Made by a program: the position numbers and the translations under genes. 64,000 bases of DNA from Syncephalis fuscata S228. Its lineage: Eukaryota > Fungi > Zoopagomycota. The notes beneath the pieces are model-generated. The model was given only the letters and a program-made list of their open reading frames with translations. It searched no databases and was not told the origin of the DNA. Positions 24,696 to 37,864 of this stretch are shown one piece after another (position 1 is the first letter of the stretch; every line of letters begins with the position of its first letter). Where the stretch lies: assembly GCA_025786725.1 (NCBI GenBank), contig JAHLTZ010000034.1, forward strand, positions 62,001-126,000. The letters run 5' to 3'.

Positions 24696-27482
24696 CTAGT
24701 TGTTGATTGAATGGCGTGTAAGCAAATCTAGCACGCTTTTTATGGCGTTTTGATGCTTCTCGCTGCTACGGCGCGCATCTTCCAATGGAGTGTCGCCACG
24801 AAAATCTTGTGTCTGCATTGATACGCCCTTGCTGATCAAGTATTCTGCCACGTCATACTGATTTTCAGACGCTGCCTATATATGTGCATATCAACTATTA
24901 TCACTGCTGTTTGTTATTAATGTTTGCCATTTCAACGTACTTTGTGTAGAGCAGTTCGGCCATCCGTATTAATGCGGTCCAAATCCACGCCGGCGCTAAC
25001 AAGTATCTTAATTGTTTTCAAGTCACCAACGGCAGCAGCACTGGTTTACGTTAGTATAGTAATTTTAATCTATTAAATATTATCACTTACTGCTGCAACA
25101 AGTGTGTCACTTCGCTCAGCTCTTTATCGTTAAAGTGCGCACCAGCTTTACGAAGTAAATCAACTACTAGCTTTTGTTTAAAACGGGCTGCAATAAAAAG
25201 CGGTGTATGGCCCAACCGATCAAGTACATGTACACTGGCGCCGTGTAAAAGTAGATATTCCACACATGTGACATGGCCATTACCGCTTGCCAAATGCTAA
25301 TTATAAATAAATAAATAAGCCATTGTTTTATATCTTGTATACTCTAACTTACTAGTGGTGTAGATCCATTATAATCCACACAGTTTAGTTGAAGCACACC
25401 TCCAAATGATTGCTCCATCGCATGCAAACCTTCCAAATCACCCGAGGCCGCGGCAAAGCAAAGAAGAACAGGATACAAAGTGTGCTCAACCTCGGCACGT
25501 TCATACTCGTCCACTGTGTTCCAATCCTGAGCAGTACCCACACTAGGACGTGTGGCCGATAGCACAGCACGAACAACAGCGCGGTTTTTGTGTGGAAGCG
25601 AGAAGCGCTGTTGTTCGTGAATTATGGTCATTTCACCACGTAGTGTACGTTGGATTAATTCACGGCATTTTTCTGGTGGATATTTTGACAGCAAATACGA
25701 CAATTTGGTAAGAGCACACTAGTATCGTATTGGGTAATTAGTTGTTGTATACACTGTGAATACATATTCAATACCTCTGCTGTCATATCACTACCAGGCA
25801 CTACTCCTGCTTTGATCAATGGCTTTGCTGTGGCATACAAAGTCGATACAAGTCCACGTGTGCCTGCAAAATTATACCAATAATTAGTTATTCATAAGTC
25901 GGTTGTTTGATTGGCGTACATTGAGAGCAATTAACTATAACAATGCCATTATCAGTTGCCTCTCGTAAGGCACGTAGCAGCTCTGGTCGATTGTTTGGAG
26001 CATTTCCTGCGCCATATGTTTCTAAAACAACACCTTGTATAGGAGGCGTGAGAAAAGCACGTACTGTTGCTTCGGTAATGCCCGGAAATATGCGCAGTGT
26101 GGCAACATTTGGATTCATTTTCTTGTGCGCTCGAAACCGTGCTATTCTATCTGGGTGTAGTACTTCTGGCCAGGCAACATCTAAACGTAGCATTAGCATT
26201 TATTACGTCTTTATTAATTTCTATCAACTACTTACTTATATTAATGCCTACTTTGGCCAATGGACGTAGATTCGGCGAATCAAATGCATCAAAATCAACT
26301 GCATCCACCTTGGAAGATCGATTGCCTCGAAACAAGGAATTATTGAAGTAAAGACAGACTTCCGGAATAACATAATGCCCGGCAATGGTAAGTGCGCTCA
26401 ACAAATTCTCTACACCGTCGTTTCTCACTTCGGATATTGGTACCTAGTGAGTAAATCAACCATCGTTTATTAGCGTCGTTGTTAATTGTTACTGTAAAAC
26501 TTACCTGAGATCCTGTAACAATAACCGTTTTACTAATAAATATATTGGTATCAGTGAACCATAGAAGCTTAAATATGTGTATTGTGTATTACCCCAAATG
26601 TTCAAGTAGAAAACTGAGAGCGCTGGCCGTATAAGCCATTGTATCTGTGCCATGCAAAATGATAAACGAATCAAAATCTTTATAATTAGCTTCAATATCC
26701 GTGGCAATCTGGATCCAGCCTGGCAAAGTGTCATCAGATACAATTGTTAGTAAAATAAAATCAGGTGTTGTAAATCGCTAACGCCCACCATCCATAGTCA
26801 TGTTACTTGAATCCAACAATGGATCATATTCTAGAATGGCATATCTAACCAAAAGTTCAACCAGGCATTACTTTGTATTTATCGGACGCTGACACCTACC
26901 TAATACGCTTGCCATACATTGATTGTGGCATTATTAGCCAGTGAAGTTGTTGTTCATCATAACGGCTACCGTCAATCCGCGATGTGTCTAATTTCTCGGC
27001 TACACACACTCCCGCAAGTGTTTGTTCCGAGGGTGCTTTGCGAGCAAGCGCCTCCAACTGCTCTAATCCTTTAGGATCATGAAAACGAGCCATTGTCTCT
27101 AGAGTTTTGCCCAAATAATCTGGCACCTACACTCGTTCATTTTATTAACACATTGTATTTACGTGGGTGTGTTGTTGTTTTATCAAATAACTTGCCGGTA
27201 TATAGCCTTTTTCTTTGCTGTTTTTCATACCAATAGTGCCACCCGTATAAATGACCAATACTCGGGAAATATCTTGGTTTGCCACGGTTACTAATAGCGT
27301 TCAATGTATACCAACGTCATTAACTAACCTGGCATAAGCATACTACTTCTGTCCGCTACAGTTTGTAATTTGACTGCTGGGCTTTCAAACATAACGTCTG
27401 AATTCGTCGACTCAACACTCTCGCCCGACAGACTGGGCTTTGTGAGTCTAACAGAAGCCGGTATATTCAAGTCTTTCTCCAT
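24696..27482 (-). CDS. ASPG: L-asparaginase / 60-kDa lysophospholipase with C-terminal ankyrin repeats (multi-exon)
   Basis: [56 protein letters not shown], and ankyrin repeats ([24 protein letters not shown]). Confidence 0.92.
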
Positions 27483-27958
27483 GTTAATTGCAAGCAAAAA
27501 GCACTGTTAATAGTTGTTTAACAAAATTCGTATTATAAGTATTTTAAGACATTTTGTTACATTTTTATTTCTCTCTTTTATTTTACTGCATTTCAGAACT
27601 ACATTTCAGATTAGATGGATTAGGCTATTATTAAATAGATATTGTTTCTGATGCATCACTGTTTAACAAAATGCAAAAAAGGCCTTTAATTTAAAGTATG
27701 CATTCCTATTTACTTGTCTGGTGACAGCCAAGTGCTAGTATTTAATGTGCTTAGTCTTTTCGATAAATTAGACCTATAATTTAATGATTTATTGCTGTTG
27801 TTTCAGCTTGTTTAATGTGCTTATCATATTCATATAAAGTAAAATATTACTTTAGAACTTTGGCTGGCATCTACTTTGCGCCTCCTAATTTAGCGCAATA
27901 AATCGTAGTGATTTGAATATATTGATTTAAATAAAAGAATGTAGTATACTATTTGATT

Positions 27959-28171
27959 TCATTGAAACATTTGAGGTTAATCATTGTTGTTAATCATGTG
28001 TAGAAAGATTGATCGAATATCAATAGAAGCCATATGATTGTGATTCCATATCATTCCGCATTTGTTGTTATTGCATCTACGTACAGCATGGAGTCTTGCG
28101 TTTGAATGGTCTCTTCTACTTTCTAATATGCTAATATTGTATTTTGGACATATTTGTGATGTAAGATCAAG
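27959..28171 (-). pseudogene. Decayed Fanzor/TnpB-like nuclease C-terminus (zinc finger + RuvC-III), relic 1
   Basis: Manual translation: LTSQICPKYN...RLHAVRRCNNNKCGMIWNHNHMASIDIRSIFLHMINNND*PQMF, matching the TSxxCxxC...CxxC..WNRD..A..NI....RP..F pattern. Confidence 0.75.
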
Positions 28172-28788
28172 ATTAATATAATTAGTATAAATGTCGTTTA
28201 TTAAACAGCCACTTCCTCTATAGCCAATCTGACTAAATGAAGGACAATATATATATATATTAAAGCAATAATAAAGATGACTAATTAATTACATTATTGT
28301 ATTGATAATTACACATGAATCAATTAATGTTGGATATAATATTATACATGGAGTAGTGGTGAACAAGTGTTTAATTATGTCTAAAAGTATTAAGAAAAAG
28401 GGATAAAATGAGTAAATAAAATATATTAAAATCAAAGTAAAACAATATTTGTAGTTAATTATCTATTAATTTTGTATTTATTTATTATAATAATTTATCC
28501 GTGATAAATCTATTAACAGTCAACTATGTCATAGCATAAATTGTTTGCAATGGATTGCAAAATAGTGTTGCTATAGAGAATGCCTATAAACTGGCTGTAT
28601 TTTCATAAGTAACTACTATAATGGCGCACAAAAAATGAATTGACAGTTAGTGTAGCTGCTATTGCTTTTTTTAATAAAAGCATAATCATGGTCGAGTAAA
28701 ATAAACATAATAACGCTGACAATATTTTAAAACAAAATTGCAAAAGACCTATAGTTTTTAACAGTAGTAGACTGGTGTCTACTATCTA

Positions 28789-31700
28789 TTAGAACGACTT
28801 CAATACTTCAATCGCTGCTAATCGACTGCTAGGATTGTAGGAGAGAAGTGATGCAACCGCCAATCGTGCGGATTCATCAGGAATTCGCTCGTTCAAATCA
28901 TCAGGCATTAATACGCGATCCGCTGACCATGTAACGTGTCCCAATTTAGCACCTGGTGTTGGTGACATCAAAAAGGCATGTACTTCTTCATCCGATGCGG
29001 CAATATCAAGCAACGGTTTTTCGGCAAATATTTCCTATTAATCATATATAATTAGTTTCAATGCCATTAATGTTTAATATTGGGTATATATATATACTTA
29101 CGTAAATAATACAACCCAACGACCATAGATCTACGGTGGCAGCAGCAATCAATTTAGCTTGATCGCGCACAGCTTCTGCTACCTCCGGTGCACAGTAGCG
29201 TGTGGTCAAGCATGAATCCGAGGACCATTCTTCGCCTGGACGACGAATACGTTCTAGCGAGACAAGCTTACACTTTGGCGTATCATCGCTCGATTGAGCA
29301 AATGAGGCCGGTGTCAAATCGCCTATCACTAGACCTTGAGAATGGCAAGTGGATAGACACTCGGTAACTGATCGTGCCAAACCAGCACGTACATCCGAGT
29401 CCAAATCGCCATTATCATCAAGCTTTGAAAGTAATTCGGGCAGTGCACGGCCATAACGTTCGGTAACGAGCACGTACCGTTCCGTGCCTGTGCGTTCATC
29501 GGCAAGATTGTAAATATTACGCAGTGCTGCCACTTGTGGACTGCGTAGGAAACGAAGGGCCACATATTCACGTTCCCATGCTGTACGGGAAACAAACATC
29601 TTAATGACTACCATTTCACCGGCCGTATCATCGGCGGCATAGACAACAACGGCATCGGTAGCCAGATTAGGTGCCGGTCTATCCAGTAGAATGTATCGAT
29701 TAAATAGGACGGAGCCAGGACGGAATACATCCGAACCAATACGCACAAGTGTCGGATGTCGGTGTAGATTTTTAGTATCGGCTGGTTTGTCTTCGTCGTC
29801 ATTGTCCTGGCTTTCAGTGGATTCTTCGTAGACTGTAGTTGGCTCAATAACACTTCGACTGCCTGCACTACCAAATAGATAGCCTTCGACACTTTCACGT
29901 GCATCGCCACCGCGTACCTGTACTTGTTCGTTGGAGCTTTCGTTTGATTTTTGTGAACTTTCCTCGCTAACATTTTCAGTTGCTGGTACAGCAGCGTCGC
30001 CGACGATACTCATTATAGCTGGAGCAGTTGACATTTCTTGACTTGTCGCTTCTGTGGATGGTCCGTTACCGCCATTCTCACCAACGCGCTTCATTTGATT
30101 TAGACGTAGACGAGCAATTTGATCAAGTGGGCTGACCATGCCAGAAATGACACTGCCTGGCTGTAGATTCGGACTCATTGGCGGTGATATAACCTGTGTT
30201 ATCGGTACAGCCTCTGAAGTAGGCATCGATGACGCAGGCGGTATATTGGCGCGGAAGACAGCTTGTGACATTGATCTAGAGCGTGGTAATGCGGCAAGTG
30301 GTGGATAGTAGCGTGCAGCACGTGTATCATTGTTATTGCTACCTGATATGCGAACACGACTGCTAGCATTTGTATTCTGGCCAAATGAAATGGATGAGGC
30401 AAATGTCCAACGATCAACGTCATCGTCATCGTCATCAGCAATGTTGGTCGATGTATTAGCGGTGCGGCCTACACGGCGTCTACCCGAACGATGAACACGC
30501 GGTGTTGGATCGGATGCAGCAGCAGTTGATAAGTCTCCATTAGAATCGCGCGGTGAATTTGTCTCACTGGTTGCCATAGCACGGCCACCCACTGTCAATA
30601 AGCCTATACCAATCCTTTATTTTGCAGTTCTTCCATACTTGGATGATTCATGCTACTTGGGGACTGAGAACCAAAGCTTGTACTATCAATTGTTTCTTTC
30701 CTTAATAACGTCTTATTGCCAGCACTATTTGTACCAGTAGCTCTGCCATTAATAACTGCAACCGATGAACCGCTGGTTTGAGCTCTATTCATTTTACGGG
30801 CTCGTTTCTTTCGTAGACCAATAACAATAAACGCTACAATGGCTAGTAATCCAACTAGCGCACATACAGTTGCCACAATGACTACAACCTTGCCATTGCT
30901 ATCTTTTGCGTCTTCTTTTTGATCAGCTGCTCCAGGCGGTGGCAACATAGTGTCAACATCTGCATGCGACCATGACCAAGTGTCAATATCGAGTGCATAC
31001 ATACGCATGTCTACTTCGTCACTAACACCTCCCCAAAACAAAATACGATTATTGGTAAGCACAGCACTATGTCCTATGATGGCCATTATAAATATTAGAC
31101 ACACAGCCAGCATACGCCGCCTATATGCACTTACCCATACGCGATGATGGAGCATTGCCCATATTCTTCACCACTGGCCTTGTCCAGACGTATTTAATTT
31201 GGTTATCCGGCGCTTCAAGTACCCATACATCATTTGAAGCAAATTCTGATGATCTGCCATCCTCATTAGATCCACCACCTAATCAATAATTAGCTATTAT
31301 TGCACAGATTATGAATATATAATACACTTACCAAAAACAATCATTTTGTTATTAACACAAGTGGCTGTATGCCACATTCTAATTGATTACCGATTAGCAT
31401 TGTTGTAATACTGGTATATCGACTAGTTGTTACTTACCTGGGAGTTGGTATACCTTTATCCGTTTCAATGACCGGACTAGGATCCCATGTAGCCGTTTGA
31501 GTATTAAATAAACTAAGCTGGTTTACCGCTTTAAGTGTATTATCCATGCCGCCAAATACGACAATCGCGTTACGATTTGCAAAATAACAAGCACTGTGGC
31601 CCTGTCGTGAATAACTGCTGGTAAGTCCCGACCAGACTCGTGAAGCAGTATCCAGCGTAACCAAGTCGTTATTAATTGAGCCGCTATTAACTGTGCCATC

Positions 31701-32270
31701 TGGATTTTGTGTACTACCGCCGTACATGTATATCTTTGGACCAACAAGTGTAAATGATTGGCCTACGCGTGATAGTGGTGTTGAAACATCACGGTTGGCA
31801 ACCAGCCAACTCCATGAAGCGGTGTTTAGAATGGTGACCGGACTACTTTTATCGGCATTCGTTCCTGTGGTGTTGGTGGCGTAAAAGAGTATCGACGACT
31901 CGTCAATGGCCGCTCCTGAATGCATACGTTGACCAGCTGTGGGTGCATTAAGCATTTTTGGTTTGTACCAACGACCATCTTTGGTATAATAAACAAAGAC
32001 GTCACTAGTACCCGGTTGATTAATGAATCCTTTATTACTGGCAATACCGCCATAGACTACCATATAGTCGCCAGACATCACAGCAACGTGAAGAGCGCGC
32101 CATTTAGGTGAAACAGGCGAACCAATGTTCAGTATTTCGCGTCGTGCCAACCGTGTTGCCGAATAACTAGGCAGTCCACTCACTGCCCCTTCTACTTGCC
32201 ATAGCCATGATAATAATAATGGTATCAAGCAAAGTAGAACCATGAATGGCTGGTAAGAAATTAGAGACAT
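28789..32270 (-). CDS. Receptor-like protein: signal peptide + extracellular kelch repeats + single TM helix + cytoplasmic pseudokinase
   Basis: Signal peptide MSLISYQPFMVLLCLIPLLLSW; kelch GG/W repeats; TM VVVIVATVCALVGLLAIVAFIVIGL then RKKR; kinase VVIKMF, IGDLTPAS, YCAPEV, DLWSLGCIIY; joining the halves needs one frameshift near 30615. Confidence 0.75.
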
Positions 32271-34352
32271 AGTGACAACGTTTGGCAACGAAGGGCACGT
32301 GAGCAAGTTGGTTGCTTAATTGTGTGTAAAACACAGCACAGGTTGGGAATGATGAGTGTTAAATAATTAGTGAAGTTAACGAGTAGCACTTGTTTGTGGC
32401 CACCTTTGAATCCAAGCCAAATAATTTTCTTCTATGCGCAATTAAATAAGGTTTGCAAGGAGAGGAATGACGACAGTAGTAGTAGTAGTAGTAATAATAG
32501 CGATAATAGTGGTAGGTGGATAACAGCCACGTAACTGGGATCTGGCCAAGCGCTTGGCAATAAACAGTCAACAGCCACGCATATACCGGTGTGCAGTATG
32601 TGGCCTATTCTAGTAACAAATCTACTATTTGTACCGATATTTAAAAAAATCTGCAGCAATCAAAATAGCTGCAGACCAGATGCAGTAACCGTCGACTAAT
32701 TAAATGTATAAACACCGCCTTTTATCGTAAGTATCGGTGTCGTGATCAAGGAGTGGAAAACAAATAAAGAAACAAATAAAGAAAGGAAGGAAGAGCTTCA
32801 AAGTGCAGTGTAAAAGAGTAGCGGCAGTATTGTTCTTAGTAGCGTTTTTAGAGAAAAGAAAAGCGGTCAATATAATGGAAATACAGCCCAACTCCGACTT
32901 GGTTCACCTGTGAACGTCGGATTTGATATTGGCTGGTCTAAAGACAGACACACACACACGCGCGCGTGAATACACACGGCCAAATACACAGGCCAGTAGA
33001 CAGACAGACAGATAACTAGATAACTAGATAAATAGGTGAATGGAATACGCACGCAAACTTATAGATAAAGTGCCTAGTTATTACCGCTTGGCGAGAAAGC
33101 CAGGCGAGAAAGAAAGGTAAATGAAATGGTCGAGAAACAGAAAAGAAAGAACGGGTCGACACGCGCACAAGCGACTAGCATTAATAGTATTTAATAGTCT
33201 GTATTGATGATTATAGCGCAGTTGAATGGAATACTACAAGGTTATTATCTATTATTATCGCTAGACAATAACCAACCATGACAAGCAATAGGTCAAAAGC
33301 ACAAAAGAAAGGATGGAATGAAAGCCAGTGGCACAGAAAAAAGGGGACATGCCAGGCCATGCATTTGATTCATGCTGTTGTCTTCTTCATGTCTGCATAG
33401 AAGCCTTGATTTTAAATATCATATTTGTTATATCGATAGACTGGCAAATCGATAGACAATGTAATCTAATTATACAGAAATAGTAATAACAGTTAACAGT
33501 ATTACCAATAGTAATAGCATCATTAAGTAACAGTCAATTAAATAGTAGAAATGACAGGTACACTAGTCTATACAATACGTATTTTTTACAAAACTTGTTT
33601 TTACTTGTTATCGGTACCTGTGTTCTTCTTTTTATCCATATCTGTAGATGAAACAGCTTTGTGGTTTTATTGAACGGAGTACAGGTTATTAGCATGGTAT
33701 GAATGCCAAATATTTAGTAGTGTACAATAGTTATCATTTCTAGTTGAATAAATTATATTAATATTACTATTAAATAAAAACTAAAATAGCTATATTAATA
33801 AATTGTAATTTTCTATACAAAGAATGGCACGTTATAGCTGTTATTTTATTTTATTTAAAGTAATGACTGGTAAGGTGAACAAATAAATTATTCATATTCA
33901 TAAATACGTTTTTAATCTTTAAACTAAATAAACTTGTTAGTATATCTTAAATTAATGTAATAATATTGGTGTTCTGCTTTAATGACCATTAAATAATGAT
34001 TACAAAGCATATTATATATTTATTACTTGGTTACACTTCAATGTTATTGTTAAATAGTCAAGATAGTGTTGAATCAAATAGGCAATTTACACTAAATTAA
34101 ATATCTGACGACATTCTACTAAAACATAGCGTCAGTCGTTAGTTGTCACACTACTTTCGATAAACTTCTTGTTATCTTATTGCTATTGCTCATCTCAAGT
34201 TTTTGTAAAGCTGTTTTGTTCACTAATTACGGTTTGAATAACACTATAGCTATACTATACCTTAACAGACTATATTTCAGGGGGAAGTGAAAAGAAGCAC
34301 CATTAAACCACGTTTGGCACCTAGCAAATAACAGTACGCTTTTTTTTACATC

Positions 34353-34996
34353 ATGGTAGTGTTGACTAGCTCTGAAGGCACTGAATTTGAAGTAGATCGT
34401 GGAGCGATTGAAAAGTCGCTACTGATCAAGAATATGCTTGATGATATAGGCGAGAGAGATACAGGTAAATCACTCTAATATTCAATCATTAATACACTAC
34501 TTATGGTTATGCCTTACACGGGTACTAGCTATTCCACTACCTAATGTCAGCGGTCCTATTCTAGCTAAAGTAATCGAGTATTGCGAACATCATAGAAATG
34601 ATCCAACTACCAATCAAGCCGATACAGAAGCTGATGCTAGTGGATCAGCCAAGAGCGGTCCATCGATAGCGGCCAACTTTTCATCAAGTACAGATATCGA
34701 TGAGTGGGATCTCGAGTTCTGTAAGGTAGATCAAGGTACACTCTATGAAATGATACTGGCAAGTAACTATCAATCGATTTAACGAGGTATTTATTAACAA
34801 AATAGCGGTATCAATTGAATAGGCGGCCAATTACTTGGATATTCGTCCCATGTTAGACTTGACGTGTAAAACGGTGGCCAATATGATTAAGAATAAATCG
34901 CCCGAGGAGATTCGTAAAACATTTAACATTACTAATGACTTTTCTGCCGAAGAAGAGGAACAAGTAAAGCGCGAGAATGCTTGGTGTGAAGACTAA
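34353..34996 (+). CDS. SKP1: Skp1 SCF ubiquitin-ligase adaptor (3 exons); missed by the ORF track
   Basis: [83 protein letters not shown]. Confidence 0.96.
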
Positions 34997-35022
34997 CATC
35001 GTCATACAGGCACTACCACTAC

Positions 35023-35023
<1 letters not shown>

Positions 35024-35055
<32 letters not shown>
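35024..35055. repeat. (CAT)n microsatellite between the convergent SKP1 and carboxylase stop codons
   Basis: About ten tandem CAT units. Confidence 0.9.
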
Positions 35056-37226
35056 TAGATACGAGCAATACCGTGAAGATTGCCACCTTTCACTTGAGAT
35101 CCATAAATAACCGATAGAGAAATACCTAGCACTGTACGTGTATCTCGTGGATCAATAATACCGTCATCGAGTAAACGGCTACTGGTATAGTAGACATCAG
35201 CTTCTTGTTCTACAACATTATGCATGAGAGCCTTGCGTGCTGCTTGTTCTTCCTCGTTAATCTGACGTCCCGCTCTGTTTCAATCATAATATACTTAATA
35301 AATAACTACGTATTTTGTTACTATGCATTTACACTTACGCTGCTGCACTTTCACGTGCTACCATGTCCATGACACCGGCCAGTTGTTCGGCGCCCATCAC
35401 ACTGCATCGACTGTTAGGATATGACCATAGGAAGCGTGGTGCATAGGCTCTACCACTCATGGCATAGTTGCCTGCACCATAAGAGGCGCCCATAACCACT
35501 GTAATTGCCGGTACTTCACTGTTCGATACAGCATTAATAAATTGCGATCCAGCCTTAATAATACCCGTCGATTCATACTGTTGTCCAACCATAAATCCTG
35601 TAATATTTTGTAAATAAATCAATGGCACATTGCTAAATACAGCCAAATTATTATAAAATATACAGTACTATGAATTACTTGCCGCATATTGCACATTTGA
35701 ATGAAATGTGTAGCTTTACTGGCTTCGGCATTAAATATAACATTATTGTTTGCTATAATACCAACGGGAATGCCTAAACTATTCGTTAGAATATTGCTAG
35801 TATAAGCTATTGTATATATTACCATGAATATCTGCCCAGCAGCAAATAAGATTAGAGCCGTAAAGTGGCTTGAATTCTAAGAAACGTGAACCATCAACTA
35901 TACGACAAATGACTTCACGGGACTCAAACGGTTTGCGAATATTGGCCTGTACAATACCGAGCAATTCATCTATTAATTATCGTATTAATAAACAAATAAA
36001 TACATAAACCCTGTTTAAACAATAGCCACCTTGATTATAAAACGGTTCTTCCACAAGACCACCACTTGGTCCGTACATATGACGTAGCGGTGGTTGACCT
36101 TGTTTCTTCCAGTTAAGTGCAGCAATGTATTCACGAGCCTTACGGATACCATCTATTTCATCAACAGCAAGCTGGTCTGATACGCCAGATATTCGACTAT
36201 GCATATCGGCACCGCCTAAACTTTCTGCATCGGTCACTTCTCCTGTGGCCATCTTCACTAGTGGTGGGCCACCTAGAAATACTTGCGCTTGATTCTTTAT
36301 CATAATAACATAGTCACTCAATCCAGGTGCATAAGCACCGCCGGCAGTTGATGAGCCAAATACAATACTACACACGGGAATGCCCATTTTAGAACTACAA
36401 AGAACGCATTATAAGGTAGACTTGTTAGTTAGTGTTTGATAGTAATAGCTATTATATATATATGTACTATGCTTACGCAATAGCTAGGTTTCGAAATGCA
36501 CCACCACCTGGATGAAATACAAGTGATTGCTGTCCTAGATTGGCGCCAGCCTATCAAACAACAACAATATTATTTATTAATACATTTATTTATTATTTAT
36601 ATCGCTAATAACTTACTGTTTGAACCAAGGAAATGGTCGGCAAATTGTTCTCCATAGCAATCTTTTGTAGACGTAGTCCTTTAAGAACACCTACTTGGTT
36701 TGCCGCGCCACCATTCAGTGTTGGTATACGTGCTTCAATAAGGCATTCAATACCGCTACCATGATTAATACCATAACAGGTATAATTAGTTGTATTCAGG
36801 TGGTAAATAGTCTATTTATTATTTACACTTACCTAACAAGGCCAATACCCGCGACCAATGATCCACCAACGGTCATGCCATCTTGTTCCCAGCCTGCTAA
36901 TGGCATCAACTCTAGGAAAGGCGAGTCAGGATCAAGTAGAAGCTCCACACGTTCACGCGCTATATCAATATATCATCATTAGTATAGATGGATATGGATA
37001 TGGATGTTGATATCACTAACTTACCAAGCATTTGACCGCGCTTTAAGTGGCGCTTTATGTGATGTTCTTTGCCTTGATAAGTGGCTTCGTTTTGCAAGCG
37101 TTCATTAAGTTGCTCGACCAACTCGGTCATAGCGGCGTAATTACTCGCATATTCTGGTGTTGTTGTATCCACAGCGCTTTGATAGCGCGGATATTCTTGT
37201 TTCACCGCGGAGACTGAGTTTTCCAT
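35055..37226 (-). CDS. Acyl-CoA carboxylase carboxyltransferase (beta) subunit, MCCC2/AtuC-like (multi-exon)
   Basis: [81 protein letters not shown]; ends GIARI*. Confidence 0.9.
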
Positions 37227-37864
37227 GGCAATAGTAGCTGTAGTAATTAGTAAATAACCTGACGAAGAAGAAAATAAAGCTATTGAACACGGTCACACAC
37301 ACTTAGTTAAGTGTATTAAGCGGTAAAGTTACGTATATGGCTCTAATCTTTGTGTGGGGAAGTACTCGGCAGTTTAACATTCCGACTTTATTAAGTAAAC
37401 ACATTTTTATAAAATAAACCTATCTATTTTCTATAGTTTGTTAATAAATAGCTAATATATAATATTACATTTATATTCGTATGCAAATAGTGGCTGCTAA
37501 ATAAATACTTATTTATTTGACAGAATAGAATATTACAAATATTGATGTAGTAAAATAATGGACTGCTGGTTGTTTGTCATGTCTAGTAACAAGCAGGCAA
37601 AGTAGTTTAAATATAGATTAAGCTAATAACATCGAGTTAGCTACGTGTTTATATTATTTAATAAGTAAATGATATAGCCGTAAGACATGTTAATTTATAT
37701 ACATTATCTTTTATTCTAGCAATATGGTGTTATCCTATGGCATTACGCAATAAAACTATAGCGCACCTTTTCCTTCTTGGATACAGCTATGCTATAGCAC
37801 ATGCCTTCCTTTAAATACACTCAAACTACCGCTTTTTTTATTCCACTGTTGACTACTTGGCATA

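Noticed and set aside
34853-35086. ORF with a poly-Asp run
   Set aside because: Translation of the (CAT)n microsatellite antisense to the SKP1 3' end
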